This document shows, piece by piece, positions 36,513 to 51,400 of a DNA stretch of 64,000 nt (positions within the stretch are counted from its first letter, which is position 1; each line of letters opens with the position of its first letter). The notes beneath the pieces are model-generated. The model ran no database searches and was not told where the DNA came from. It saw nothing but the letters and a program-made list of their open reading frames with translations. Location of the stretch: contig NMRA01000239.1 of assembly GCA_002633005.1 (NCBI GenBank), positions 272,288 to 336,287 of the forward strand. The letters are read 5' to 3'. The position numbers and the translations under genes are program-made. Origin of the DNA: Phoronis australis (lineage: Eukaryota > Animalia > Phoronida).

Positions 36513-39500
36513 GCTACTAGGCCCAGCTCAGATATGGCTGCATTCCGTCAACATTTTGCCAAATCAAAGAACATCCTGGTCCTTACTGGCGCTGGCGTTA
36601 GTGCTGAGAGTGGAGTGCCCACCTTCAGGGGTGCTGGGGGTTTCTGGAGGAAATGGCAAGCTCAGGTATATGGGCACTATATTTTTATAATGTTGATAAA
36701 AACACAAGCTAGAGATAATCACGTGCAGTTCATAGTGCATGGATTCACTGCTTCACTTTCTCTCCTGTAGGTGAAGATTAAAATCGTGTGATATTAAACT
36801 TCTTTCCTACTGTTCATTCAAGGCTGCGTGACAGGAGCGGTCTAGGATATGATGAGGGTGCCCAACATTTTGTGATATCTGTGCAACAAGATAAATGCCA
36901 AAATTTATTTGTAGTATTTATCTTTTTGTCGGTAGCCAAGGGGAGGACGGGCCCCCCTAATACGCCAGTGGAGAAAGGGATGGGGGTTGTCATCCAATAA
37001 TTTGCATGGGTGGGGCTGAAACAAAGGTGGTAATTGTGGCAATTGGGAATGTTAAATTAGTTGGTAATTTGCTTTTAGATTTATACGTGAACTCTACAAT
37101 AAACATGCATACTGTCAATTTTGGGCGATCTTATATTATGCAAATCTTCCTTAATTAACAGCGCTGTGATAGTTTTTCAAATGCATTGAGATATGGTTGT
37201 CAGCTCATAAGTATCTGGTGACATCACAGATAACTTAGTAGCGTGTACCCGTATAAGCAGTGAGTATCCTTTAGACATCATGTCCTACTATAATCCTCAA
37301 TCTCAATGCAGTCATTTACTTATGCAACATTCTATTGTTGATTGTCCATGCCCTCTGATTTGACAGTTGTGTTGTTTTAGCAACTTGCAACGCCTGAAGC
37401 TTTCCTTGATAATCCATCACTAGTCTGGGAGTTCTACCACTACAGGAGAGAGGTGATGGCATCAAAGAACCCAAATCTAGTAAGTGAGTACTACTGGAAA
37501 ACAATTTGTTGATCTTCTCTCTCTAGTAAATGAAATTGTCCTACTTGTTGACTCGTATTTGAGCAGATTTGCAGGATTAGAATGAATAACTCGGCATTTA
37601 TGATAGACATTATTCTAAATCACAAATATTCCTATAAACTTTTCACTGGCATTGTTTCATTAGTCGACACCAAGAAATCCTGAAACAAGGAGTTGACCTT
37701 CAGACTACTGCTGTCTTTTGTCGATGCAATACTCATACACCATATATGAACGTTTCTGCAAAATATTAGACTCCTTTGCTCCCAAAGCTATACTGAAGCC
37801 TTTTGTGATGAACTCTTTAATTTAAAGCTTTAATAGCCTCGTTTTCGTTATACACATGAATATTCTACTAGGCCCTTTTAAGAATGGCCAATACACACAC
37901 CCACACACACACCCATCATAAATATATTTTCCTCACTTCCGTTTTACTGCAAAGAATAGGTGATTGCTACACTAGATGGGTACCTTTATTCACACATTAT
38001 TCCTAGGCACATACAGCGATAGCAGAGTGCGAAAGTCGACTGGAGAAGGAAGGCAGGAAAGTGACAGTCGTTACACAAAATATCGACGAACTCCACAAAC
38101 GCGCCGGGACAAAAAGTTTGATCGAACTTCATGGTATGCTTGACCTATCAACTAGATAATTATACCTTCTTCATCTTGATAATAAGGAGCCTAACTAGTG
38201 TTCTGATATTTTAGAAGTGTGAGGATTTGATTTCCCTGTCTTCACTGATTTCTGTAGTCCTCAAATGGCCTGTTTGCCCAGCACATTTTCTATTGGGCCT
38301 TGAAGACCACCAGTTACTGGGGATCTCTTCTCTTACACACCTGTTATTTACACCCCTGCTTACTGTTATTGGATTTGTCAACCATAGAGCATTAATACTT
38401 AAATCTTCAGTGATAAAGCAGAATTTTATAACCTGGGGACACCTCTTTAAAAGCCAGATTGTAGACAACAGTCGACAGTGTAGTTTTAACAATAATTTAT
38501 GACTTGTTTTCAGCTCATTATCACAACTGTTACAGTTATGTCCTCGAGTCTTCTTGATTAAAGTAACAATATGCGTACAATTTTATATTTGCAAAATGTT
38601 TTTTGGGTTCATACAAGTGTGATAAGTTACACATACACACTTCCGCACACGTTTGCAAAACCTCTGTTTTTGTAGGGAGTCTGTTCAAGGTGCGATGTAC
38701 AAAGTGCCGTGTGGTAACAGAAAACTACGACAGTCCAATATGTGAGGCTCTGCGTGGAAAGGGGTACGCTAAGCTCAGGGTCTGTGTTTGTATTAAAATC
38801 ATTTCATTCAGGGACTTGGTGTAGAACTTGAGGATGATACAGAGGGTCGTTAAGATGCTTGGGTAGAATTCAGTAAAGCTAGGACCTCACTAAAAGCAAG
38901 ACTTAGCGATGTTACGCGTGGTATTGCCATGTACTTCAAATGAGAACACACGATTTTGGCTAGATTTTTCTAGTCACAAGACAGCTACTGAACTCTACTC
39001 TCTGGTTATAGCATTACGGCGTTTTCCCGTTGCTCCCAACTTGTTCGATTCTATAGCCCAGCAACAAGTTGGGAAGTTTAACCCTGTAGCCAATATCTTA
39101 CAAGACTGATTAACTCCATTCTGGCATTTATGGTTGGAGGGTCAGCTCCGTTTTGTTCAATAATTGCTCTAATCTTCAATAAGATTGTATCTAGCCTGAC
39201 TGGGCTGTGCTGTTAAAAATAAAAGTTAAGTTATAACATATTTGAACATTTTCCAACAGCATTTCTGAAATCCTCGTCAAATGGTGATCATGTTTAGTTT
39301 TTGAATCGCCAAAATTGCCCAACTGCAACCGAAGTTATGATAATCTATTCTTTCCAAATGTACCAATTCACTTTGGGTTTGACGGTGTTCGCACGTGGTC
39401 TTTAATAAGCCTGGTACTAGATAACAGACAAAAGATTGTGCCTGGCAGTTAACAAAGAAGCTAGATGTTATCACACGCTCAGAACCCCCTTCATCTGGTA

Positions 39501-42500
39501 AAGTCACTGAATGGGAAAACGTCATTGCCAACACATGATTGTGCTAACACCCTTGACTGTTGCCTACATACTAGGTTTTTTACATGAAAACATTTCCAAC
39601 AGTCATAAATTTGATCATAACTCCATAACAACTGTGTTGAGTTAATGACCATGGTGATCAGCCAGTGCATGAACTGTTTGCAAAAATCTATGACTTGGAT
39701 TGATAACATGGACCTTTAATAAAATACAGTTAGGTGGAAGTGTATTAATTGTTTTTTGGTGTATGTTTTCCACATTGTAATTCATGTCTCTCAATTCAGC
39801 AGTTATGTACTGCCAGGGTACATCATTCATAGCTGACAAACGGGTAAACATAACATCAACACGCAACAGCATGATGGTTTTGAATGTTCTGTTATGCTGT
39901 TGTTTGGAGTTTTATCAGTGTGTTAGTGCATACATTTTATGATGAATAATATCTGTTTCAATTTATTCTAATTTTGCCAGTGCTCCTGACCCTGAATCCA
40001 CTGATGCTAGGATTCCAACAGACCAGTTGCCAAGGTAACAGTTGTGTAATGCCATGTTTTAGAAGCAACATGTTGTGGTCAACGGCTGCACAGGAAACTA
40101 CAGTCTGTAGAAATTGCATAAGTTGCAATGTGCACAAGTCAATTTTTGCAAAATTTTGTGAAGGGGTGATTCTTGTTCGTGACCTTAGCCCTTCAAAGTT
40201 GGATTTCACTTTTACTGTTAGGATCGCACTGGCAGGACAAATTAAAGATTATCAATGACTTTCATTTCTTAAAATGAAATTTTTGGTTGTAGTTGCTAAT
40301 TCCCCCCCCATTTCTTAATAACCTCAAGAATGATTCCATGTTAAGATTCCCAAAAAATATGTACATTTGTCATGAAATAGCAAGGAAATTTGTACCAACA
40401 AGCACAGCATGCCCTTTGATTCTTACCCAGATCTAATGCCAGGTCACATGGAGCATAATCTTACCTTGGCCAAAAACAACTAGCTCACCGTGGGATTGTG
40501 GGTTACACAACAGTTGGTCATGTGATATTTGCGAGGTTGTTTTTTGTGACCGCCTCTTCAAAACAGATTGTTTACGTTTCACAAGTTCAGTGATTAACGC
40601 AATTTTTTGGGTTTTGATAATTGGACATATAAAGTTATGTTCTGTGACAAGTAAAATTATTCAGAAGTAGATAAGGTAAAATGGGCCGAAAATATGTAGA
40701 TTGAAGTCCCTTGGAATCTTAAAGCAAACTTTACTGTAATTCACTGTTATATTTCACACAGCAGTTTCTATGCTTTATGATTTTTGTGCTGAAGTTATGG
40801 CTATGTGACCAGCTTAGACAATAAATATCGTATTACACCAGGTGTACGCGGTCTGGATGTGGAGGCTTACTGCGACCTCATGTAGTTTGGTTTGGAGAGA
40901 GTTTAGACACCGAAGTGATGAGACAGAGCGCAGAACTGTTGGAAACGTGTGACTTGTGTTTGGTGGTATGTATTAAGTAATAGGTTGTTGTGACAAGATC
41001 CAACAACAAGCGAACAAATTCCAAGCACAAATTTAAGCTTAAAGAATAACATGTAAATGAGACGACTTGCGTAACAATGTATTGTGAAATTCAGTGCCTA
41101 GTCAACTGTCGGAAAATGATTTTTGGAAAGCAAAATTATGGAGCTCATCCTGGGCTCACAACTTGGGTCACCATTTTAGGGCCATATCCATGTTGTGATA
41201 TTGTGGAGCCTGATTTACATTTGTTAGAGGAAATAATGAGTAATTTGTAAAATAAGTTTTCTGTGATTGTATTGTGTGAAGGATAGATTTCATGTTTCGG
41301 GTGGTGTTTTCTGTGTTTGTACTGTTTTGAGGATAGATGTCGTGACGTGGGCAGTGTTTTTGGCAAGGTGAACTGTTTCAAACTTGCTTTATTTGAAATC
41401 AGATTTCTGACTTTAGGCGCTTGGAAGCATGCACAGTCTCATGTTTATTATGACCAAAGCAAGTCTTTCAATCTGGCCTGATGAGAAGTCTCAGTTTACA
41501 TGCCATATTGGCAAATAAGTGGAGAATTACGGTAATTTTTCTTCTAGTTCAGCTCAGTTTGTGTATGACCAACAATGTATTGTCACGAGCAGTATTACGT
41601 TTTAAAAGCCTGTTGTGTGTGCACGTGTGCTTTGATATTAGCACCGAAGACTTAGTTTGCAAAACGTGTAGAGTTTACACTAATGGCACTTCAGTGGGCA
41701 GGAATTGAAGTAGTGTCCTGAGATTATCTTGCAAGATTTAAATTTTATTTTCAGACGAGTGTTATGCATTGGCGGTCCAAAGGTTTTTGTGTTTTCTAGA
41801 TTGGCACGTCTGCTGTTGTCTACCCAGCTGCCATGTTTGCTCCCCAGGTGGCACAGCGAGGTGTTCCTGTGGCTGAATTCAATATTGAAGAAACACCGGC
41901 TACCTACCGCTTAGGGTATGACTAAATAATTATTTTTCTAGAGAGCACAAGGATTTTAATGCCACTATTAACAACATACTGGTGTTAAAACAACCAACTC
42001 TCTCTTTACAGCCATGTTTGCTTTTCTAGAGCAATGTCGTCGCAATCTTATCCTTTGTTTGAATTGATTTGGCGACCTGCGTGTTGCCAATGCGACGTCA
42101 GATTGCGCTTGGCGACCTGGGAAAAATCAAGTCGCCACGAAGTTGCCATTGCAAAATTTCACCTCAAAGTTTGTGTTGACTTTCAAGCTTTAAGAAGTTT
42201 TCCTAGATTTATTACCTTTGGTTCACAATTGTTCCTTTTATTTTGTGAAATCAGTGCATTTTCCACCACAGCAGTCAGCACACATCAAACACGCTTAAAT
42301 TACAACAGGAAGTAAATAAAGTGAAGTCTGAATTGTGTGGCAAAAATCAGGCAAGACCGGTGAAACACGCGCCTCCAGTGTATGTGTTCTATCTTAGTTG
42401 GCTAGAGGATTTCAGTTAGAGAATGAATGGTACTTGTTATCCTTTATGAGGAGAAATCGAAGAGGTATGCGTAAGTTTCTGAGAACGGGGAACGGCGCAC

Positions 42501-43604
42501 GCACTTTTTTGAGTTGACATCAGTTTTGGCGACTCAGATTTTGATTGTCAACCTGGGATTTTTGCCAAGTGTCATTTGGCGTCTAGCTAAGTGCCGAGCA
42601 CTGATTCAATTGTCTTGAATTTCCCAGGTGGTTGTACTGCATAGACAACTGAAAGTTATCCACGATATGATAAGTAACTTCAACAGGTCTTGTCTTAATC
42701 AATACCAGTTTGTCAGTTTTCTTAAGCCTAGAAATCATTTCTAATGTTATTAAGGAACAAGGTGGGACCCAATTTTATTACGGAAAGATGCCTTAATCTA
42801 ATACTTTTCACAGGTGTGCACCTATTAAACAAATCAATGCTGACCTTGCAGTCCACGATTTTGTTATTTATTTATACTAATTACTCTGTTCATGATTCGA
42901 CTTACTGCTTCTTGGGTTCTCAATAAATATAAAAGTGGTCTCCTATGCAAGACTGTGTTTGAGCGCCCTCTTCTGTGGTATGTACCGACTACTGCACTCT
43001 TAATACACAGTAACCTTAAGGGTTTTTGATAACAATTGTGCAAGTGCAGTTTTGTTGGTCTTAAATAACAGGACTGTAGAAATTGACAATTTATAGCATC
43101 AAGCGAAAGATGGAAATGTTATGAAGGCGTAATACATTTGTAACAGTTTTGATGACCAGTGTAGGGAGCATAGTTGTTTCCACACCTTCCTGCAACACCA
43201 AAGTAATACCAAAAATAGCGGAACTGGTTTTGGTCTTCACCCCACTCATCATGAAACCTGCCCCTCAAAGCTGACATAGATGGTGCTGGGTAAGAAAAAC
43301 AAAAATGATTCAGACTCATTTCGACTGGCATCAGGTGACTTTCTTTTCGGAAATCCTGACAACCAAAAAATACCCCACCAATTTTCAAAAAAAGACCACA
43401 ATCAGTTACGCTAGTTTTTGTCTTACTTCATTACTTTTGTAGTAACTGTAAGTTACTATAAATTCATTTGCCTCATTCGTATCGTGATGGCCAGCTTGGC
43501 AAGTAACAAGTTTTGTATGGCTGTTGTATTTTGTATCTTACAGATTTCACTTTCAAGGCCCTGCTGGCCTCACAGTACCTCAAGCCTTGGCTCCAACTGA
43601 ATGA
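36513..43604 (+). CDS. SIRT5: NAD-dependent protein deacylase sirtuin-5 (first coding exon uncertain)
   Basis: Exons 36513-36665, 37381-37479, 38007-38133, 38676-38763, 39981-40034, 40842-40965, 41800-41915, 43544-43604 (TGA). Motifs: [23 protein letters not shown] (succinyl-binding Tyr/Arg), QNIDELH, ELHG, Zn ligands CTKC and [25 protein letters not shown]. Confidence 0.96.
42030..42603. mobile_element. Degenerate hAT-like element with TGGCGAC subterminal repeats
   Basis: Repeated ttggcgac/gtcgcca motifs; related to 49545-49840. Confidence 0.5.
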
Positions 43605-45475
43605 CCAAGCGACAAATGTGGATTATTTATATTTGTGCAAATGTCAGGGACTCTTATGTATTCTGGGACTGTCATGAATCTTGGCTTTACTATGGTCACA
43701 ATTTCATTATTGGTATTACCAATTTATTCCTATCAGAAGTTCGTCCGAGACTAGTTGACTGTGATGTTCAAAATTGGCACTATGTAATTAATAATTTGAA
43801 TAAATATTAATTTTATTGTACTATCAACATGGAACTACTGTGTGAGGAATATCTGTACTGTTTAAACTCCCAGTAACGAGTAAAATCATGCTTGATTTGT
43901 TGCAAAAGCATGTCATCCAAAGAGTGAGAGCATTAATTGTAACATCTGCAACACTGGTCAGAATGAAAACGAGCTACATTTTGTCACTGCACTGACCTGA
44001 GTGGTGTGCGCTGAAATTCGCTAACGAAAATGATGACAATGCAAGAGAAGTTTGCTTGTTTCAAGGTTAGCGGGGTTTTCCGTAGAGCCCACCTGATGAA
44101 ACGCCCATGGGCGTTTATTCGGAAAATTATGCTGAATACACGCCCATGGGCTTATCTACGGGAATTCCTTGTACGATCCATGTGATTTTAAAGCCTTGCG
44201 CTCCATATTCAATTATCATTTTGAATTTTTTATAACCTTTATATCCTGTTTTTCATTTACACTGCTAAGTCTGACCTTAAGAGCAACAGTGCTAAGAGCT
44301 GAGCTTTTATCATTGTAAAGTTGTAAGTGTAAGTTGTGTGATGAGGTCAAGGCTTACATATAATAAACATGTCACATCTGTGATTTGTTGTGTTTTAAAT
44401 TGTCAAAAACGAGCAGTGAAGTGACAAAACTATACCCTTTTCAATTATACACTGAAATTTAATAGAAGTTTGAACGAGCAAAAACAGCAAATAATGAAGA
44501 ATTTGTCAAAATAATCCCTGCTGCCAAAGCAGTCATGTTTGAGGTTTCACTGAGGTTCTGATATAATAATCTGTTAAGTCTGTTGAGACTGGCCTCATAA
44601 ATAATATCAGGAAGAGATGACCAATCCCTGATAATAGGGAGATGACATCTGACCCATTCGTCGAAATCTTGTGAACATGTTGCAGTCATGTCACTTGGCA
44701 CAACACATGACCTAGCATGAGAGCCAACTTATGGAGATGGCTCTCAAACCCAGCTAAAACAAGCTGTTGGTTTTTCCCGAGACCAGAAGGTGGCCCTAAT
44801 CTGATTAAGTGACGAGACGGGACCAGTCACAGGCACACAAATTTCCCAGTGACTGGCAACCATGTGAGAAACATGTTTTATCATGTTGATGGCAGTGGTG
44901 GATATGAGGAATAGACAGATTCAAGGGCCTGTGGGACCAGTTATCAAAGTGGTGATTGGTTAAAATCAAAATAAGTTGTTTGACGGAAGGTAGGTTTATA
45001 CAGTTTTAATTGCTGAGTGACATTTCAGACTTCTCAATACAAAAGTGTTAGTCATAACCTTAGTTTATTCTTTACAGACCATATAATAATAAAGCACTCC
45101 CAACACACATTGAATTCATTTTGTATAATTAATTGCAACTATTTACATGTAAATATACCCATAACAATTGCTTGTAAAACTTTCATCATAAAACACAGTT
45201 AAAACTCCATAACGTACACTTGAAACTGCATTAAACATGTTTAATAACCTACATTGTAAAGTTTTACAATATTGAATAATTCATGTAATAATTATCTTAA
45301 AATAATTGCGTAGTGTAAAACCAATAAATTAGCACATACACATTAAAACAATCATGGCACATAATGGAACAAAGCAACTATTGGAAAAACAATTTTAGCT
45401 AAGACTAGTCACAAAATAATGCTTTTTTGTAACTTGACCATTCATTTAATGATTTTGCAGCTGCCAGTCACACCG

Positions 45476-48400
45476 TTACCTTTTCTTGCTCGTTTTATGA
45501 CCTGTTTTCTTGTCTCCCTGGAAAAAAATTTTTATCCACCTTAAATCCAGTAACAGTTTATTACAAATGTAAGTTTAGCATAAATACTGTACTCATTTGA
45601 CTTTACGCCCAACATCTCAAAATTTTTGTTTAAATGGCCAAGCTCAGCAAAATGTACACCGTCTGATTTTCAGCTCATCAATGTAGGTCCCCTGGGCATC
45701 GACGCGTAACAGTACAGTAACTACCCCCAAAGCATTTCAGGTGATCGCAAACACTGAACAACCCAGGGCAAAATCAGTTCAATTATAACACTTGCAATCA
45801 CTGTGTCTGAAGAAGTATAATATTATTAAAATGGGCAACAGGTTGAGACGTATGAGCATGTTTAGTGACGTGGTGCTGCAAGGGACTAATGACAAAGGGA
45901 GCTTTTTGCTGGGACACGGTTTATAAAATTATATTGAAAACTGGTCTCCTTCTGGTTATTAATTAGTGAAATTCAAGTGGAAACATGCAAACATGCAAAG
46001 CCATAGGAAAGCTTAAATGAGCACAGTTTGATCAGTCCATCAACATTGGGTGGCAATATTAGATGATGAGATATAACCATCAAAATGTAGCAATTTTAAT
46101 GGCTGACTATAAGAAGGTAAATAAACAAGGCAAAAATGTTATTAAAGATTTTGAGCAACTATCAAACTGTAGTACCTTATTTCGATTTAATGCAACTTCA
46201 GGTTTCTGTTTGTTTCTTAGATTAGAAGTTATTTCTGGCTTGTGAAAAACTGACAGTTTGTAGACGACCATGCATGACTAACAAAATAACTAGTGAGTGG
46301 GGTCTATTCAAGTTATTGATCCTGATCTTGAGCTATAATGAACATTCAGTTCTTTCCAAACCAAAAAATAATTTCTAAGATGAGTAATACATGTATACCG
46401 GTTGAGAACAGTCAACATGGGACATAGCGACACTATATGCTTGCTAAACCATCTTGAGTCAATATCCATCCACAACTTATGACAATCACCAATAACACAT
46501 CAGACAGTTACCTTGGTACTAGTCAGATATCCACACTGGTCCAGTATTGTTCTGGTGCAGTTGTTAATATGCTTGAATCTGTCCGGTCCTAAGTGGACGC
46601 CGCCATACCATCGCGTGACTACCACCATGACGTTGACAACATCCAGTATCTGCAGCAAAAAAGGTTTACACCTTCATGGTAACCTCTGTATCACAAACTG
46701 ACTTTTGTATATTAAATATGCAATTATTAAACTGGCATGGAAATGATTATTGAAATTACATTTTTAAGTCTGGTAAACAAATGACGCCACCTGGGAACAA
46801 ATCATGTCACCTGATGAATATAAGTCTGAAAATATTCTTGGAACAGAATGTTCAAATTGTTTTTAGTGCCACGTGAAGCAGAGCAACACCGTTCTGACTG
46901 GTCTTTGATTCTAAGTGGAAAAAAACCCACGAGGTTGCACCAAAATACCTTCCGAGCGATACAAAGGATGAACACTGGAACGTTGCTTTAATACCGAATT
47001 TCATCAAAAAGCAGACGAATTATTTATGAAAATGAATGGCATAAAAAAGACCAAAAACAATCAAATAACACGTACAGTTAACAAATGCAGCATTCGGGAA
47101 CCAGCGTGTGTCTCCCCATCGTCATAACAACCAGTGAGTAGAGTGCCCTTGTTACCTTCAGCTATCCTGAAATGCAAGATAGAGCAGATCAAAAGCATAG
47201 CCTAGCCGTCACAAAAAGAAAATTCTTATCACTGAACTGTGTCCAAGTATTTGACATTGACTTGATTTTGTACAAATTAATTACAAACACCATGCATAAT
47301 CAAAAATAACATAAGGTATATTGCGTAATAAACTGAACACCCAAAGGTCAGTAAACGTACTGTCATATTTTTTCGCACCTTGACCTGGCCTTATGTAATA
47401 AGATGGTACTAAATGAACCCTTTTAAAAGACAATATCTCTACTTCAATCAGATTCAAAGATCACGCCAATTATGCTAAAATTTTGAAGTATTGATTTCCA
47501 CATGGCTTGGCAGAGATTGCACCATTTGATTGTAGTACAATTCAGAAATATTGCTTATCATAGTCTAGTTTCACACTGCTCACCTGTATGCATAGATATT
47601 ATGGGTGGCATTAGCAATTTTCTTGTTCTCGCACAATTTATCTAGCACCTTCTTCACCTGTAAAATTCAATAGATTCTTAGCATTATTACAAGTCTAATG
47701 CGCACAGAAAGAGCTCGAAACAAAACGTTGTATGCATTTATATTAACCATTGACTAAATTATTGTTTTCACAATGTACCAAGACAGGTTGAAACATCAAT
47801 TATGCAAAACATTGTCAGTTTGCAACAGTGTAGTGAAACATGGCTAATCCAACTGATGTACAGACATATTTGGTGAGTACATAATTGTGCTGTTATAAAT
47901 CACTGCATTGATATTGTATAAAGTTGTCTTAAATGCCATATGTTGGCCACATCACGTGACCTATATTTACGAGTGAAAAGATCTCTGTCCCAACTGGGGT
48001 TCGAAACCAGGATTTTCTGCTAACCTTGCAGATGCTCTAGTCCGCTGAGCTTTCGACTAGAATTTGGGACAAGCTCGGACTTTGAGCAAAATACTAAATT
48101 GTTTCACTTTCCTAAATTGGAGAATTTTTACTGTAATGCCATTTGCGATACTCCACTTAAATGTCATCCATACCTGAGTCTTATTGGAGACTGTGGCTGC
48201 ATGTGGTTGAAACACACTGCGCCTGTCAGCTAAAGTATCGCCATGGTACACCTCGGGACACTCGATGTCTAGGATCAACAGAAATGATCACGGTGACAAA
48301 TTATTGGTGATTCATGATTAAGATGGGGTAATCTTTGAAATTCAAAAATTTTGCAATTGCCTGGATGAAATTAATTTTACACGTTATGAATGTGAAGCAT

Positions 48401-51400
48401 GTCTGCTAACAAGTACATTAAAGCTATATTGATAGGTTAGAAATGGCCAACTTCAAACTGCGTTAAAATACAGAAGAAGTGGGCAGGTTTATTGAACCAA
48501 AACTAACACCCATGAGCTCCATTCTGAGCACAAAATAACCACAGAAAACTGGAAATGAAATAAGGCAATGATGGCAAAATTAAACCAAAACATTCAACAC
48601 TTGTCACTGTACAATAAATGACATCCCAAGATAATAGTCATATTACCTACACAAACCAAAAGTGCTGTTCACATGAGCCGTGCACTTGTTACAAGAATAC
48701 ACTTACCACATTCCATGACGATCCCTTACACACCTTGGTAGAAATGAACGCAGGCGTTTACAACTAAAACTGCCACTAGGGGGGCATAGCAGTATTCGAA
48801 TGCCTCCGAAAATTCATGTCAGCGACACTCTTGGCAATTGAAACATATCTCTCAAATCAAATGACAATCATTCAAACTGTTTGGTTCATAGAAAGGTGTA
48901 CACTACTATTAAGTGGTGCAGTAGTAGTCAGCTCAGTGCAACAAATCTCTGTGATAGGAGCACATCTTCCAAATCGCGTAAAGATAGTTAATGCCATGGG
49001 AGATATGGAAAGAAAAGCAAAAAAAAAACGAATTGCCACAACTTGGCATGGGAGTAGTCATCTACTTCATAGGACTACATCATTCAAATTTGTTATTAAA
49101 GATCTTCCAAGGGGTTTAGGAGATACAGCAGCAGATGCTGAACAGAGCAATATGTGCCCACATACTACATGTACGTGCATGAAAGACAGAGAAAGTCTGA
49201 AGCTGTTAATTCCAATGCATGGGATAATTGTATTACAAGTCTTGACTGCTGATATCGCAGCTTAACATATTCAACAGAAGTCCTTAGTTGTACGTCATAG
49301 TGCCAAATGTGTTTTGGCAGACTTTGATGGCTATTAGCCGACACATGGCTGGCTTAGTTCAACAGAACTTTCTCTTACCCTCTTGGCACTCCTCACGCGA
49401 CAGGCTTAACTCACAACTGGCCAGTAACATGGCTGGATCTATCTCATCACCTAAACTGCAGTCATTCTCATTCACTCCACCAGATGGCGTACCTACAGAC
49501 ATGACAGTGATAATGAAGTGTTAATGGTAACAAAATGGATTGATCAAAGCTCCACTCGCGACTTCAAATTTTGTTTGGCGACCCGGTAAAAATTCCAAGA
49601 CGCCATGAAGTCGCCACATACATGCATACAAGCACGTGGAATACTTCCAATTTTCTTTCGACTAAAAAACGTCACACAGGCGGTCTTGGGTGCAGAGTTC
49701 TCTGGCTCTGGTATCATGTTTATTTCATTTCTGGCTGTTGTCAACAACGTGCCCTTTTGGTGACCTCAGTTGCCATTTGGCGACCTAGGAATTTTGCCAG
49801 GTCACATTTGGCTAGTAGACATGCTAAGCGTAGAGCCTTGTTAATGATATTAAATGAAATATTTAACATGAGCAACGCAAAGTATTGGAACACATCCAAA
49901 CGGAATGCTGTTAGGGATGCTTATTAGTACCATAAATATGGCCACCAGGTGGTGCAGAATATGTCAAATCAGTCTGAAAATGGGAAGGCCCCGCTGTCTT
50001 CTTAATCGAAACCTATTTGCCAGATTTCATTAAAACTGTTCAGGAACTCCAAAGATACAGATGAAACTGTAACAAAAATAAAATTGCCATGAGGCACATT
50101 GTCCAAAAGAAGTTGACATCTGCTGCCACATTCATAGGAATACACTTGGTGAACTTGAGCGAGATCCTGCGCATGGTTCAGGAGATACTGCAGCAGACAC
50201 CTTACAAAGGTCACAGAGTGCACGACAGAGATGATGGACAAGAATCCACACATGTATATGTATATGTGGGTACACAAAAATGAAAACATTTTCTCATGGT
50301 ATCCTGAAGACTGATTAAATTGAATGTGACAAACCTCACTTGGACAGTCAGGAGTACATTCACAGTTTGCAACAATAGGAAGGTGGCTAGTAGTCTAAAT
50401 GTATAGCAGAGTTTGCTCATGAATCTATATTGAGCACATTATAGGCATACACTGTTGAGGGCCGTTCCAGCACAATCTGTGTGGGAGGGGGGGGGGGAAG
50501 GCAACTGAAATAAAAATTTATGGGTGGTTGCGTTTGATTTAAATTCAAAATGGCTGGTGGTCGTACTTCAAAAAAATAAAAATTTACAGGTCGTTGTTGT
50601 TTCATTGGGCCATAAATGTTTGATGGTGGGTAATTTTAGTAAATTTTATAAACAATCCGCACAGAATCAAAAACTGAAACAAAAATGCAACTTGCAAAAA
50701 GCTCCGACTTTTTCACTCCCTNAAATCGCGTAAAGATCTACCGAATGCCATGGGAGATATGGAGGCAAAAGCAAAAAAAAAAAACGAATTGCCACAACTT
50801 GGCATGGGAGTAGTCATCTGTTAAATAGGACTACATCATTCAAATTTGTTATTAAAGATCCTCCAAGGGGTTTAGGAGATACAGCAGCAGATGCTGAACA
50901 GAGCAATATGTGCCCACATACTACATGTACATGCATGAGAGACAGAGAGGCGTCTGAAGCTGTTAATTCCAATGCATGGAATAATTGTATTACAAGTCTT
51001 GACTGCTGATATCGCAGCTTAACATATTCAACAGAAGTCCTTAGTTGTACGTCATAGTGCCAAATGTGTTTTTGGCAAACTTTGATGGCTATTAGCCGAC
51101 ACATGGCTGGCCTAGTTCAACAGAACGTTCTCTTACCCTCTTGGCACTCCTCACGCGACAGGCTTAACTCACAACTGGCCAGTAACACGGCTGGATCTAT
51201 CTCATCACCTAAACTGCAGTCATTCTCATTCACTCCACCAGATGGCGTACCTACAGACATGACAGTGATAATGAAGTGTTAATGGTAACAAAATGGATTA
51301 ATCAAAGCTCCACTTGCGATTTCAAATTTTTTTGGCGACCCCATAAAAATCCCAAGCCGCCACGAAGTCGCCACACACATGCACACAAGCACGTGGAATA

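Noticed and set aside
43119-43388. Minus-strand ORF in the last SIRT5 intron (…[19 protein letters not shown]…)
   Set aside because: No recognisable domain, no true ATG start with supporting exon structure, and a length compatible with chance.
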